DNA of 62,956 bases, filler included, from Octopus bimaculoides (taxonomy: Eukaryota), in assembly GCF_001194135.2 (NCBI RefSeq). It is 4 parts of 4 records of this genome, joined end to end, with 100 filler letters (N's around TTAATTAATTAA, not from the genome) between each part and the next. Parts side by side here need not be neighbours in the genome. Positions count along the whole stretch, not along the records: positions 1 to 31,455 come from NC_069008.1; 3 more parts are not named here. The stretch is one strand, 5' to 3'. The position numbers and the translations under genes are program-made. Position 1 is the stretch's first letter, and each line of letters begins with the position of its first letter. Below the pieces are notes generated by a model. It was not told the origin of the DNA and searched no databases. It saw only the letters and a list, made by a program, of their open reading frames with translations. Positions 1-11,866 of the stretch are shown here, piece after piece.

Positions 1-759
1 ATGAAACTTGACCCTTTACAGTAAAGGAAGCCAGTGTGGGAGAGTCACGATTGGAGTCCAGCGAAGAAAACAAAAAGAAAACACGGAGGGAGACACGCCA
101 GATCAACACAAAAGTGACCAATCAGCAGAGTGAGAGAGAGAGAGAGTGGGAGGGAGGCAGAGGGTGAGAGACAGAGGGAGGGGGGAGAGACAGAGAGAGA
201 GAGAGAGCATTGGGAAGATAAACATGGCCTGCTCCTTTGTCTCCCAAGAGGTGGTCAGATGATGATGATGAAGGGATACTGTTACTGTTCCACAACTGTG
301 CTGTGCCACTGCAACTATGGCAGACATCAATGAAAGGGACCAGAAGAGAAGAGAAGGGCAACGCAGCACAAGACAGGGTAAGAGTTGTGGGTGGAAACAG
401 CAGCAGAAATATATCATGAGCAAACATTATGAAGGGCAAAAGATACAAAGTGTATGTTGTGTTGAGGCCACTCAGCATGAGAATCTTGCCTTGAGCAAGT
501 TTTTCGATACCTTTTTTTTTTCTTTTAATTTTTTTTATGCCACATGCTGTTTTCATTTAATCATACACATATTAAACATAATATATTACATATATTTGCG
601 CAATATATGTTTATCCATTTTGCAAATTTTATTTATTTTACCACATCATTTTTTTTCATTTGCAAATTATTATTATTATTATTATTATTATGATTTGTTG
701 GCAAAATGTTGTTGCTTGATTAATGCTTTTTTTCCAATGCAATCAAATAAGCACTTAAG

Positions 760-803
<44 letters not shown>

Positions 804-1406
804 TTTATATATACACATATATTTTATATATACATATATATTATATTCATATGAAATATAAGAGCAATGTAGATGTATATATATATATATATATATACTA
901 CCTGNNNNNNNNNNNNNNNNNNNNNNNNNNNNNNNNNNNNNNNNNNNNNNNNNNNNNNNNNNNNNNNNNNNNNNNNNNNNNNNNNNNNNNNNNNNNNNNN
1001 NNNNNNNNNNNNNNNNNNNNNNNNNNNNNNNNNNNNNNNNNNNNNNNNNNNNNNNNNNNNNNNNNNNNNNNNNNNNNNNNNNNNNNNNNNNNNNNNNNNN
1101 NNNNNNNNNNNNNNNNNNNNNNNNNNNNNNNNNNNNNNNNNNNNNNNNNNNNNNNNNNNNNNNNNNNNNNNNNNNNNNNNNNNNNNNNNNNNNNNNNNNN
1201 NNNNNNNNNNNNNNNNNNNNNNNNNNNNNNNNNNNNNNNNNNNNNNNNNNNNNNNNNNNNNNNNNNNNNNNNNNNNNNNNNNNNNNNNNNNNNNNNNNNN
1301 NNNNNNNNNNNNNNNNNNNNNNNNNNNNNNNNNNNNNNNNNNNNNNNNNNNNNNNNNNNNNNNNNNNNNNNNNNNNNNNNNNNNNNNNNNNNNNNNNNNN
1401 NNNNNN

Positions 1407-1745
1407 TGGCTGGAGCCTGGTGGCTGGAGCCTGGTGGCTGGAGCCTGGTGGCTGGAGCCTGGTGGCTGGAGCCTGGTGGCTGGAGCCTGGTGGTTGGGGC
1501 CTGCTGGCCAGAGGCTGATGGCTGGAGCCTAGTGATGGGGGCCTGATAGCTGGAACCAGGTGGTTGGGGCCTGATGGTTGGGACCTGGTAGTTGACCTGC
1601 TGGCCAGAGCCTAGTGGTGGGAGCCTGATAGCTGGAGCCAGGTGGTTGGGGCTGATGGCTAGGACCTGGTAGTGGGACCTGCTGGCCAGAGCCTGATGGT
1701 TGAGGCCTGATGGCCAGAGCCTGGTGTTGGGGGCCTAGTAGCTGG
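1407..1745. repeat. GC-rich minisatellite, 14-bp unit GGTGGCTGGAGCCT, degenerating into an ~82-bp higher-order unit
   Basis: About six exact 14-mers follow the gap, then two related ~82-bp blocks start at 1545 and 1627. Confidence 0.9.
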
Positions 1746-1884
1746 ATCTTGGTGATTGGGGCTTGCACTTGCACATTAATTTTACGAGTAGGCTATTCCG
1801 TTAATCAAATCAAACTGGAACCCTTGTTGTCATAACCGACAGAATGCTGATCAGTGAAGTAGTTTATATAATGTATGATTTTGG

Positions 1885-2252
1885 GGTTAAGAAGTTTGCT
1901 TTCCAACTGCATGGTTTCAGGGTCGGTCCCATCTTGTGGAACCTTATCAAGTATCTTCTACAATAGTGCCAGGAAGACCAAAGAGTTGTGTGTGGATTTG
2001 GTAGATAGAAACTGAAAGAAGCCTGTCATATGTACATATGTGTATGTGTATCTTTATGTTTGTTTCTCACTACTATTTGACAACTGGTGTTGGTTTGTTT
2101 ACATCTCCATGACTGAGCAGTTTCGCAAAAGAGATTGACAGAACAAGTACCAGGCTTAAAAACAAACGACTAGTCGGTCTGATTTACTTCAAATACACTC
2201 CTTGAAAGTTGTGCCCCAGCATGGCCACAGTCAAATGATTGAAACATGCAAC
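1885..2252 (+). mobile_element. SINE family A (tRNA-like head, CORE-like centre), diverged copy
   Basis: Shares the gtagatagaaactgaaagaagcc and ccagcatggccacagtcaaatga modules with many other copies in the window. Confidence 0.8.
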
Positions 2253-2840
2253 AATAACAGAAAAAAAAAAGAAAAAAAAGATCAAGGCCAGCTTTGATGG
2301 TGGGGAAGTGTAGACTTACTCCAATTGACACCCGACCTGGTAACTAACCGAACAATCAGTGTATCATACTGATGCTCGTTACTTGTTAATTGGTTCAGTA
2401 ATGACTGGTGTCCACAACAGCAATTTGGGAGAGAAAGAGACAGCCATTCGGGTTGACTGTTGCCTATCTTACTTTAAATATTATTATTTTGTTAGTTTGT
2501 TTCAGCAACTGAATTTACCTAAATTCCTAACGAGGAATTGACAAGGCGACAGCTGTAGAGTCACTTTGACTTGCTAGAAATAGAAGCAAGGAAGGGAGGA
2601 ATGGTGTCAGCTTGCACACACTGCCTGAATAAAAGAATAAAAAACAGAACAGGCACCACTGGTGGCACTTATGATCATGCTGGATCAAGACTGACCTGGG
2701 GCTAAACAAGACCACGAAGGACACTTTAGATGACGTACTCTTAGGTACACTATACCTGAATAAACGACAGGCTAGTTACCTCCAGTAGTACTTCGGAACA
2801 TGCCAGATCAAGGCTGACCTCCTGAGACTAAACAAGAACC

Positions 2841-3055
2841 AGGAACGACACATTAGATAATGTAGTCTTAGATATACTATGTTTAAAATATATATGACAG
2901 GATGGTCACCTCTGGACCACTTTTGATTACGCTGGATCAACAAGAACTAGGAACGACACATTAGATAATGTAGTCTTAGATATACTATGTTTAAAATATA
3001 TATGACAGGATGGTCACCTCTGGACCACTTTTGATTACGCTGGATCAACAAGACT
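2841..3055 (+). repeat. Near-perfect 108-bp tandem duplication inside a cluster of retroposon-tail fragments (family E, 2680-3330)
   Basis: aggaacgacacattagataatgtagtc... starts at both 2841 and 2949. Diverged copies start at 3056 and about 3188. Confidence 0.85.
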
Positions 3056-3841
3056 AGGAATGGCACATTAAATAATGCAGTCAGAGAGACAATCCACTTC
3101 AACAGAAGCCAGGATGGTCATGAGCTGGAACATCTTCGATCAAAAGTTTGTTGGATCAGAGCCAACCTAGGGCTAAACCGCAAGAACTAGGAAGGACACA
3201 ATGGATAGTGTAGTCCTAGATACATTATTTTTAAATAAATGATATGATGGTCACCTCTGGGGCCAAGCAACAAGAACAAGGAAGGATACATTGAATAATG
3301 TAGGCTTAGGTAGACTTTGTCTGAATAAAAGAAGGTAACAGCTGAAACCCGTGGATCAGAGCAGACCTGGAGTTCAACAGCAATAACTAAATATTTATGT
3401 CCGATTTGGTCTACACACACACAAACAGTACAGTCGGTCAGCCTGCTAGAAACGGCAGCTAAATCTCTATGATCCATACAATTCTATCTTAGAGGAGTTA
3501 GAGACAAGTTGGATACAGGTGAGGGGAAGTGATTAGGGTGTAGGGGTGGCAGGATGTAGAACCATTGGATAAGGCGTGGGACGGAATAGGGACCATAGTA
3601 AAGGGGTCGTACCAAAGTCCAAAAGAAGGTAGAGCAGTAGTATGATGAGGGCAGAAATGGCACAGTGCGACAGCAGAAGAACAAGAAGGTAGTAGAAATG
3701 GTGATGAGCCAAGAGGGGCAGTGACGCAGCCATTCAGGTTCTGTCATCAAGGCTGCATACATCCCCACTCTCTCTCAAAGTGTATGGCATCTAAGAAAGC
3801 AGTGGGCCTACACAAAAAGTGTGTATGACAGAGAGAGAGAG

Positions 3842-3872
<31 letters not shown>

Positions 3873-4113
3873 GAGACAGACAGAGACAGAGTGTTGTGAT
3901 GGCAAGGGGTAAGGGAGTTGCAGCAAAACCAGAAATCTTATGTCTGACAATCCCAGCTCTGGATTTGATCCTCAATATTATCATATTTTTCTTTTTCATG
4001 CAAGCACAGAACATTATAATATTATTATTAATAATATTACTATTATTATTTTGGTAATATATTTTTCTTGGCTACTGTGGTGCCTCAGAGAGTGCATATA
4101 AACATGCATGCAA

Positions 4114-4146
<33 letters not shown>

Positions 4147-5104
4147 AGCCATTTAAAATTTAATTTTAATTTGTCAAAATATTTTCGTCGCTTTGAGACC
4201 GCAACCTGTTCACTGACAAAATTATATATATATATATATATATATNNNNNNNNNNNNNNNNNNNNNNNNNNNNNNNNNNNNNNNNNNNNNNNNNNNNNNN
4301 NNNNNNNNNNNNNNNNNNNNNNNNNNNNNNNNNNNNNNNNNNNNNNNNNNNNNNNNNNNNNNNNNNNNNNNNNNNNNNNNNNNNNNNNNNNNNNNNNNNN
4401 NNNNNNNNNNNNNNNNNNNNNNNNNNNNNNNNNNNNNNNNNNNNNNNNNNNNNNNNNNNNNNNNNNNNNNNNNNNNNNNNNNNNNNNNNNNNNNNNNNNN
4501 NNNNNNNNNNNNNNNNNNNNNNNNNNNNNNNNNNNNNNNNNNNNNNNNNNNNNNNNNNNNNNNNNNNNNNNNNNNNNNNNNNNNNNNNNNNNNNNNNNNN
4601 NNNNNNNNNNNNNNNNNNNNNNNNNNNNNNNNNNNNNNNNNNNNNNNNNNNNNNNNNNNNNNNNNNNNNNNNNNNNNNNNNNNNNNNNNNNNNNNNNNNN
4701 NNNNNNNNNNNNNNNNNNNNNNNNNNNNNNNNNNNNNNNNNNNNNNNNNNNNNNNNNNNNNNNNNNNNNNNNNNNNNNNNNNNNNNNNNNNNNNNNNNNN
4801 NNNNNNNNNNNNNNNNNNNNNNNNNNNNNNNNNNNNNNNNNNNNNNNNNNNNNNNNNNNNNNNNNNNNNNNNNNNNNNNNNNNNNNNNNNNNNNNNNNNN
4901 NNNNNNNNNNNNNNNNNNNNNNNNNNNNNNNNNNNNNNNNNNNNNNNNNNNNNNNNNNNNNNNNNNNNNNNNNNNNNNNNNNNNNNNNNNNNNNNNNNNN
5001 NNNNNNNNNNNNNNNNNNNNNNNNNNNNNNNNNNNNNNNNNNNNNNNNNNNNNNNNNNNNNNNNNNNNNNNNNNNNNNNNNNNNNNNNNNNNNNNNNNNN
5101 NNNN

Positions 5105-5253
5105 TTGATAACCCCATGACTTAGCGGTTCAGCAAAAGAGGCCGATAGAATAAGTACTAGGCTTAAAAAGAATAAGTTCTGGGATCGATTTGTTCAACTA
5201 AATATGTGGTGCTCCAGAATGGCTGCAGTCAAATGACTGAAACAAATAAAAGA

Positions 5254-5256
<3 letters not shown>
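5105..5256 (+). mobile_element. SINE family A, 3' half
   Basis: cttagcggttcagcaaaagag...gtcaaatgactgaaacaaataaaaga. Confidence 0.85.
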
Positions 5257-5286
<30 letters not shown>

Positions 5287-5442
5287 TGCATGCAAACATT
5301 TATATACACCTGTAAAGTCTACACACCACTTTGTAGCATTTTAGGATCAGAGCTGTAGTGTTTACACTTACCACAGTATGTGCATACATTTTATACAATA
5401 CATGCACACAAATATGCTATATACACACATATACACATAAGC

Positions 5443-5492
<50 letters not shown>

Positions 5493-6659
5493 GTATGTAT
5501 GTATATATACGTATGTATATATATGCACATGTATGTATTGTGTGAGTGTATATACATGGACATATATACATATTATGTGGTATATATTTCTTTGCCCTTT
5601 TTTGGAATTAAGCTCAGTTGTGGCTACCACTGTGACCGCGGGCTGATGTGAGGCAACACAACAACAGAGGAAGAGAGAAAGAAAGAAAGAACAAAAGAAA
5701 AGAGAGGCAACTGTTGTGTGTCACCACCCACGCAGCCACATGCAGCGCTGGCTGGCTGGCTGGTTAGTCGGTTGGTTGGCTGGCTGGCTGGCAAGTTGTG
5801 GACAAGTGTCGACAAGGAGGGAGGGAATCAAGTCTTTGAGGACATGCTGATGGCAGAAAAAGAGAGATGATGATGACGACGATGATGGTGATGATAGAGT
5901 ATGCTGAAATGTAGAGGAATGGTAAGTGGGGAAGTAGAGAAGAGACACAGGGTGGTGAGGAGGCAGGGAATGAAGGTGGAAGGTAGTGTAGCGGAGAAAA
6001 CCCAAAAGAGCGCATGGCCATGACTCGGAGCGAGACACGGTGGGGGCGAAAGATCGTGGCTCATCACACCCTGGACGAGAGGAGACAATGAAAGAGTAGG
6101 CCAGGGCCCTCGTCTGACATCACAACCTGAGTCAAGGTGCCACACACAGGGCCCCCACTACACTCACCCACACCTTCTCCCCCCCCCCCCNNNNNNNNNN
6201 NNNNNNNNNNNNNNNNNNNNNNNNNNNNNNNNNNNNGACGACCGAGTCCCACAACCAATGCTGCTGGGGCCGCCAGAGCCATCAACCCACATAATAAGTT
6301 GTCATGGTAGCACTTTTGATGCATTTTCATAAATTTAACGTTTTTTTTTACTTCAAATATATATATATTTATTTCGCAGACCACTTTGAAAGCATACTTC
6401 CTGTATATATATAAAAATATACATAACATATATAAAATACATATATTTGTCATATATATATATATATAATATATACATACATAAAATATATTCATAATAT
6501 ATAAATTATATATAATTTTTATAATATATCAAATATATATATATAATATTTATAATATATATATAATATTTATAAATATATATATATATATATGATCTGC
6601 CTGAGCAAAGCCAAGTTGAAATAAAATCAATTTCCAAACGGAAGGCAATGTGTTCTCAC

Positions 6660-6721
6660 CGGTCATTCAGTGACATCCTTGTAGTGCTCTTTAGCACTAT
6701 CTTGGCAGGGACTTGAGCCAT
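6660..6721 (-). CDS. CHTOP: First coding exon of CHTOP (chromatin target of PRMT1 / FOP / SRAG); whole exon 6660-6733 includes 12 nt before the ATG
   Basis: The minus strand reads tgttttattattctatttgcag|ATATCCAATAAG ATG GCT CAA GTC CCT GCC AAG ATA GTG CTA AAG AGC ACT ACA AGG ATG TCA CTG AAT GAC CG|gtgaga, i.e. MAQVPAKIVLKSTTRMSLND-R. This closely matches the N-terminus I recall for human CHTOP ([23 protein letters not shown]). It has a canonical acceptor and a phase-2 donor inside the Arg codon. It is too short for the supplied ORF track. Confidence 0.92.
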
Positions 6722-7334
6722 CTTATTGGATATCTGCAAATAGAATAATAAAACACAGAGACATTAATAATAGATTTGGAAGCTTTATGAAATGTATATG
6801 TCTCGCAGTAAAGTCACAGATAAATTTGGTTATGATAAAAGAAGCAATATGGAAGTGAAATATCTATATAATAATCTGCTTGTTCGTTTACCGTTTACCC
6901 GTTATACTTTAGGTAGAGAAGGAGGAGGTGGAGTGAATGAGAGGAGGAGAGAAAGAGAGAGGGAGAGAAATGAGTAGAGAAGAAAGAGAGGTCAAATGCA
7001 TCATGTGGTTAGTTGAAAAAAGAGGTGAAGAGAAAAAGACGGTGAGAGAAAAGTGGGAGAGAGAAGAGTTAATGACATGCTGCCAGGTGGGGAGGGAAAA
7101 GTGAAAGGAAAGAGAGAAATGTTAAAGGCATCAAGAGGGGTATTGCATGGTTAAAAAGTTTGTTGAAGAGAGAAATATAAGGTAATTAGCAGAGGGAAAT
7201 TTGAAAATTATATGATATAATTATTGTGACTAGAAGTGAAATAACTCAGCAGAATATAAATATAAATCATATTTTCTCTCTTAAATCGCTTCTCTTAATC
7301 TTTTTCGTTCTGTGGAATTTTCACAGGTCTCACC

Positions 7335-8170
7335 CAAATATGGTGGGTGGGGCATTGCTTCCCATTCAAACTGCTCCAGCCTTTGGAGTGTCATCTTTGC
7401 TGCATGTGGCTGAGCTTTATCCTGACATGGCCATTTTACTTCTAGTGCCGACCTAAGCTCTTCAGACTGCCAGCAGTAAATCTCTTTTGTTATTGTCTGG
7501 TTTGGGTTTAAATGTTCAAAGTGGACCCAAACCTTTCATATCCCACCAAACAGATAACAACATCTTATGTGGGTGAAGACCTTCTTTAGCCTGGGGTGCT
7601 GGTATTTCTCCTTTCCCTACCTACTGTCTTCGGTGCTTGACATTTTTATAGAGAACCCATTTCTCGTCACCAGTCACTATTCAGTCAGAAAAAGGGTTCA
7701 TTCGTGAGACATGACAACAAAGAACACACATTCACTCTGTGTGCGCTTAGACTCAGAAAGTTTGTGGGGAACTCATTGACCCAACTTGCAAACTTTTCTG
7801 ATGGCACACAGGTGTCAATGAATGGGTGAATTACCAAATCCAAGTTTCTCTGCTAGTTCCTCAACAGTTACAATGGGATTTTGTTTCACCAGGGTTTGCA
7901 GGATATCCTCATCGAGCTCTACAGATCTTCCATGACAAGGCTCATCATCTAGGCTGTAGCTTCCGGCTTGGAATTTCTGGAAACCACCGTTGATACTGGC
8001 TTATGCTTATTGTCCAATCCCCATTTACTGCATTAATATCCCTCACACTTTCCATTGTGTTGTTGCCTTTACTGAACTCATAAAGCAAAATATGCCGAAT
8101 ATGCTCCATTGTCACTTCCACTACAGCTTTGAAGACATAACTGTTAAAATCAAAGTACACTCTTCAACAC
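7335..8170 (-). mobile_element. Decayed mariner transposase (pseudogene)
   Basis: Minus-strand translation gives MEHIRHILLYEF..GNN (HTH), SLDDEP..GRS, *VPHKL (WVPHEL), VTGDEKWVLY, LSVWWDMKG, QDKAQPH (HDNARPH) and HPPY, with stops and frameshifts. Confidence 0.92.
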
Positions 8171-8274
8171 TTGCACTTAGAATAAGGACAAGGTAAAATT
8201 ACTGCCTGGTTTTATAGGAAGTTGATGCAGGTAGTTTATCCTGTACCCCTCCAACTTTTAGCTCACACAATGTA

Positions 8275-8641
8275 TGAAAGGCAAAAATAGACCCTGGAGG
8301 AATTTGAACTCAGAACATAAAGATGGACAAAATGCTGCTAAGCATTTTGCCTGACATGCTAACATTTCTGCCAGCTCACCACCTTAACCATCATCATCAT
8401 CATCGTTTAACGTCCGCTTTCCATGCTAGCATGGGTTGGATGATTTGACTGAGGACTGGTGCAACCGGATGGCTACACCAGGCTCCCTAACCAATGCTTA
8501 AATATTGTTCTCAAATTTTGGCACATGGCCAGTGAGTTTGGGGTGGGGCTAAGAGATTACACTGACCTCAATGCTCAACTGACACTTATTTTATTAATCT
8601 CAAAAGGATGAAAGGCAAAGTTGACCTTGACAGAATTTGAA
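8275..8641 (-). mobile_element. Two fragments of SINE family C (Nin/Deu-domain-like), at 8275-8387 and 8510-8641, separated by a family D fragment
   Basis: aaggatgaaaggcaaagttgacc..gaatttgaactcagaac and gctaagcattttgcc...ccagctcaccacctt. Confidence 0.75.
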
Positions 8642-8907
8642 CTGGCTCCTGTGCAGGTGGCACGTAAAATACACCATTTCAAGCATGGCTGTTGCCAGTA
8701 CCTCCTGACTGGCCCTCGTGACAGTGGCACGTAAAAAGCACCCACTACACTCTCGGAGTGGTTGACGTTAGAAAGGGAATCCAGCTGTAGAAACTCTGCC
8801 AAATCAGATTGGAGCCTGGTGCAGCCATCTGGTTCACCAGTCCTCAGTCAAATCGTCCAACCCATGCTAGCATGGAAAGCGGACGTTAAACGATGATGAT
8901 GATGATG
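8642..8907 (+). mobile_element. Family D retroposon (RTE-like 3' end, (GAT)n tail); an inverted partial copy lies at 8389-8486
   Basis: ...ccaacccatgctagcatggaaagcggacgttaaacgatgatgatg, shared with the copies at 14815 and 59815. Confidence 0.85.
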
Positions 8908-9445
8908 AGAATAGGGATCTTGCTGAAGTGAAAAATACATGGGTTTCCCCAGCATGAAAAAGAAAGAGAAAGATGGTGAAGGCATATCCACAAGGTACAA
9001 GGTGAATAGAAGTGAGATTTCAAAAAATTGAAATTAAATTAAAACAAAAAAGAAATCTGTCATGTCTAAAGATAAGAAAAGGTTCCCCACTGATAAAATA
9101 TTAGTTATGAATTAACATCTTGGATGTGGCATAAGAAAAAAAAGAGACAAAAAAGGAAAAAAGAAAGAAAAGAAACCATTGCAGTAAACTTCATTAAATG
9201 CAAAACAGATTTTGGCATAGAAATCGAATTTTACAGACCGAAATTTACAGCCAAGAAAAGGTAGGTTAACTTATACACCAAGATGACATCGGAGAACCAA
9301 AACTTCCACATGAAATGCAGCAGGATTTGGGAAGATAGTGACAAGGCTTGAATGTTTACACTAAATAAATAACATTGACTTGCATACAAGAAAGTGTGAT
9401 ATAAGTGTATGTATTTTGTAGGGTGTGTGTAATATATATATATAC

Positions 9446-9485
<40 letters not shown>

Positions 9486-10263
9486 GTTCTGTATGTATGT
9501 ATGTATGTATGNNNNNNNNNNNNNNNNNNNNNNNNNNNNNNNNNNNNNNNNNNNNNNNNNNNNNNNNNNNNNNNNNNNNNNNNNNNNNNNNNNNNNNNNN
9601 NNNNNNNNNNNNNNNNNNNNNNNNNNNNNNNNNNNNNNNNNNNNNNNNNNNNNNNNNNNNNNNNNNNNNNNNNNNNNNNNNNNNNNNNNNNNNNNNNNNN
9701 NNNNNNNNNNNNNNNNNNNNNNNNNNNNNNNNNNNNNNNNNNNNNNNNNNNNNNNNNNNNNNNNNNNNNNNNNNNNNNNNNNNNNNNNNNNNNNNNNNNN
9801 NNNNNNNNNNNNNNNNNNNNNNNNNNNNNNNNNNNNNNNNNNNNNNNNNNNNNNNNNNNNNNNNNNNNNNNNNNNNNNNNNNNNNNNNNNNNNNNNNNNN
9901 NNNNNNNNNNNNNNNNNNNNNNNNNNNNNNNNNNNNNNNNNNNNNNNNNNNNNNNNNNNNNNNNNNNNNNNNNNNNNNNNNNNNNNNNNNNNNNNNNNNN
10001 NNNNNNNNNNNNNNNNNNNNNNNNNNNNNNNNNNNNNNNNNNNNNNNNNNNNNNNNNNNNNNNNNNNNNNNNNNNNNNNNNNNNNNNNNNNNNNNNNNNN
10101 NNNNNNNNNNNNNNNNNNNNNNNNNNNNNNNNNNNNNNNNNNNNNNNNNNNNNNNNNNNNNNNNNNNNNNNNNNNNNNNNNNNNNNNNNNNNNNNNNNNN
10201 NNNNNNNNNNNNNNNNNNNNNNNNNNNNNNNNNNNNNNNNNNNNNNNNNNNNNNNNNNNNNNN

Positions 10264-10342
<79 letters not shown>

Positions 10343-10619
10343 AAAAGAAGGAAATGATGATTGGGAAATTGGGAAGTTAATAAAATGAAACCATCTCTTC
10401 AGGAGATTAACAGAACCTCTAATTGAATATATACATATAAGTATTGAGAGCATGTATGTTTGAAAAGGTTAATAAACAGTGCACACACTTTCCAAAAAAG
10501 GTTAGTGACATCCTAATCAAAGATTTTATAACTTAAAAAATTTTTTTTTTGTACTTAAAAACTGTATTAAGTAATTTTTCACAAAGACTTTCAAATGAAA
10601 GTCTTTGTGTTTGTGTGTT

Positions 10620-10978
10620 GGTGTGGCTGTGTGGTAACAAGCTTGCTTCCCAACAGTATAGTTCCAAGTTCAACCCCACTGCGTGACACCTTGCAATGCA
10701 GCCAAAGTCTTGTGAGTAGATATGGTAGATGGAAACTGAAAAAAGCCTGTCATATACACACACGCATCTATATGAGTGTGTCTTTCTGTCTGTGTGTTCC
10801 CTCACCGTTACCTGACAATCGATGTTGGTATGTTGATGTCCCCGGAACTTAGTGGTTCAGCAAAAGAGACCAATAGAAATAAGTACTAAACTTATAAAGA
10901 ATAAGTCTTGGGATCAATTTCTTTGACTAAAAAAGTCTCCAGCATGGCCACAGTCAAATGACAAACAAGTCAAAAATA
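10620..10978 (+). mobile_element. SINE family A
   Basis: Head ggtgtggctgtgtggtaacaagc (A-box-like) through to the tail ccagcatggccacagtcaaatgac. Confidence 0.85.
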
Positions 10979-10984
10979 TATTTA

Positions 10985-11375
10985 CTTTTTTGTTTTATTT
11001 GTGTCATTCATTCGACTGCAGCCATGCTGGGCCTTGAAGGGTTTTAGTTGAACAAATTGACTCCAGGACTTTTTTTATTTCAAAACCTTATACTTATTTT
11101 ATTGGTCTTTTTAGCTGAACTGCTAAGTTACAGGGACATAAACATACAAACACCAGCTGTCAAGAGGTGATAATGAGGACACAAGCACAGACACAAAAGA
11201 CACACAGAGAGATATATACGATAGGCTTCTTTCAGTTTCCATCTACCAAATCCATTCACAAGGCTTTGGTTAGTCTGAGGCTATAGTAGAAGACATGTGC
11301 CCAAGGTGCCATACAATGGGACTGAACCTGGAACCACGTGATTTGGAAGCAAGCTTCTTCCCACACAACCACATA
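10985..11375 (-). mobile_element. SINE family A, tail-to-tail with the preceding copy
   Basis: Reverse-complement modules gactgcagccatgctgg ... tttcagtttccatctaccaaatcc ... ccacacaaccac. Confidence 0.85.
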
Positions 11376-11801
11376 TACTGTATTTCTCTGGCATGTAAGT
11401 CAAATTTTGCAGAGCAACATTTAAAGCCAAAACAAAAAGGCAGGTTGACTTCTATACCAAGACAACTTTGGAAAGACGGGGACAATATTAGAATGTTTAT
11501 ACTGTCTGCTATGTTGATGCCAGAAAAATGCAGTAAAAAAACCCTCAAAGCTTATCCAATCAACTTCCCTTTCATCTCTCAACACAATACACTCAGACAC
11601 ACAGACTGACAAATAAGGTAAAGATGATAAGGTAAGTATAGGTAAAGGTGTGGTAAAGTGGGTCATTTTGTAATTACAGGGTTTCTGGTTCATTCCTGCT
11701 GTGCAGCACCTTGGACAAATGTCTTTTTCTATAGCCCCAGGTCAACCAATGCCTTGCGAGTCGATTTAGTAGAGAGAAACTATGTGGAAGTACAACATGT
11801 G

Positions 11802-11866
<65 letters not shown>

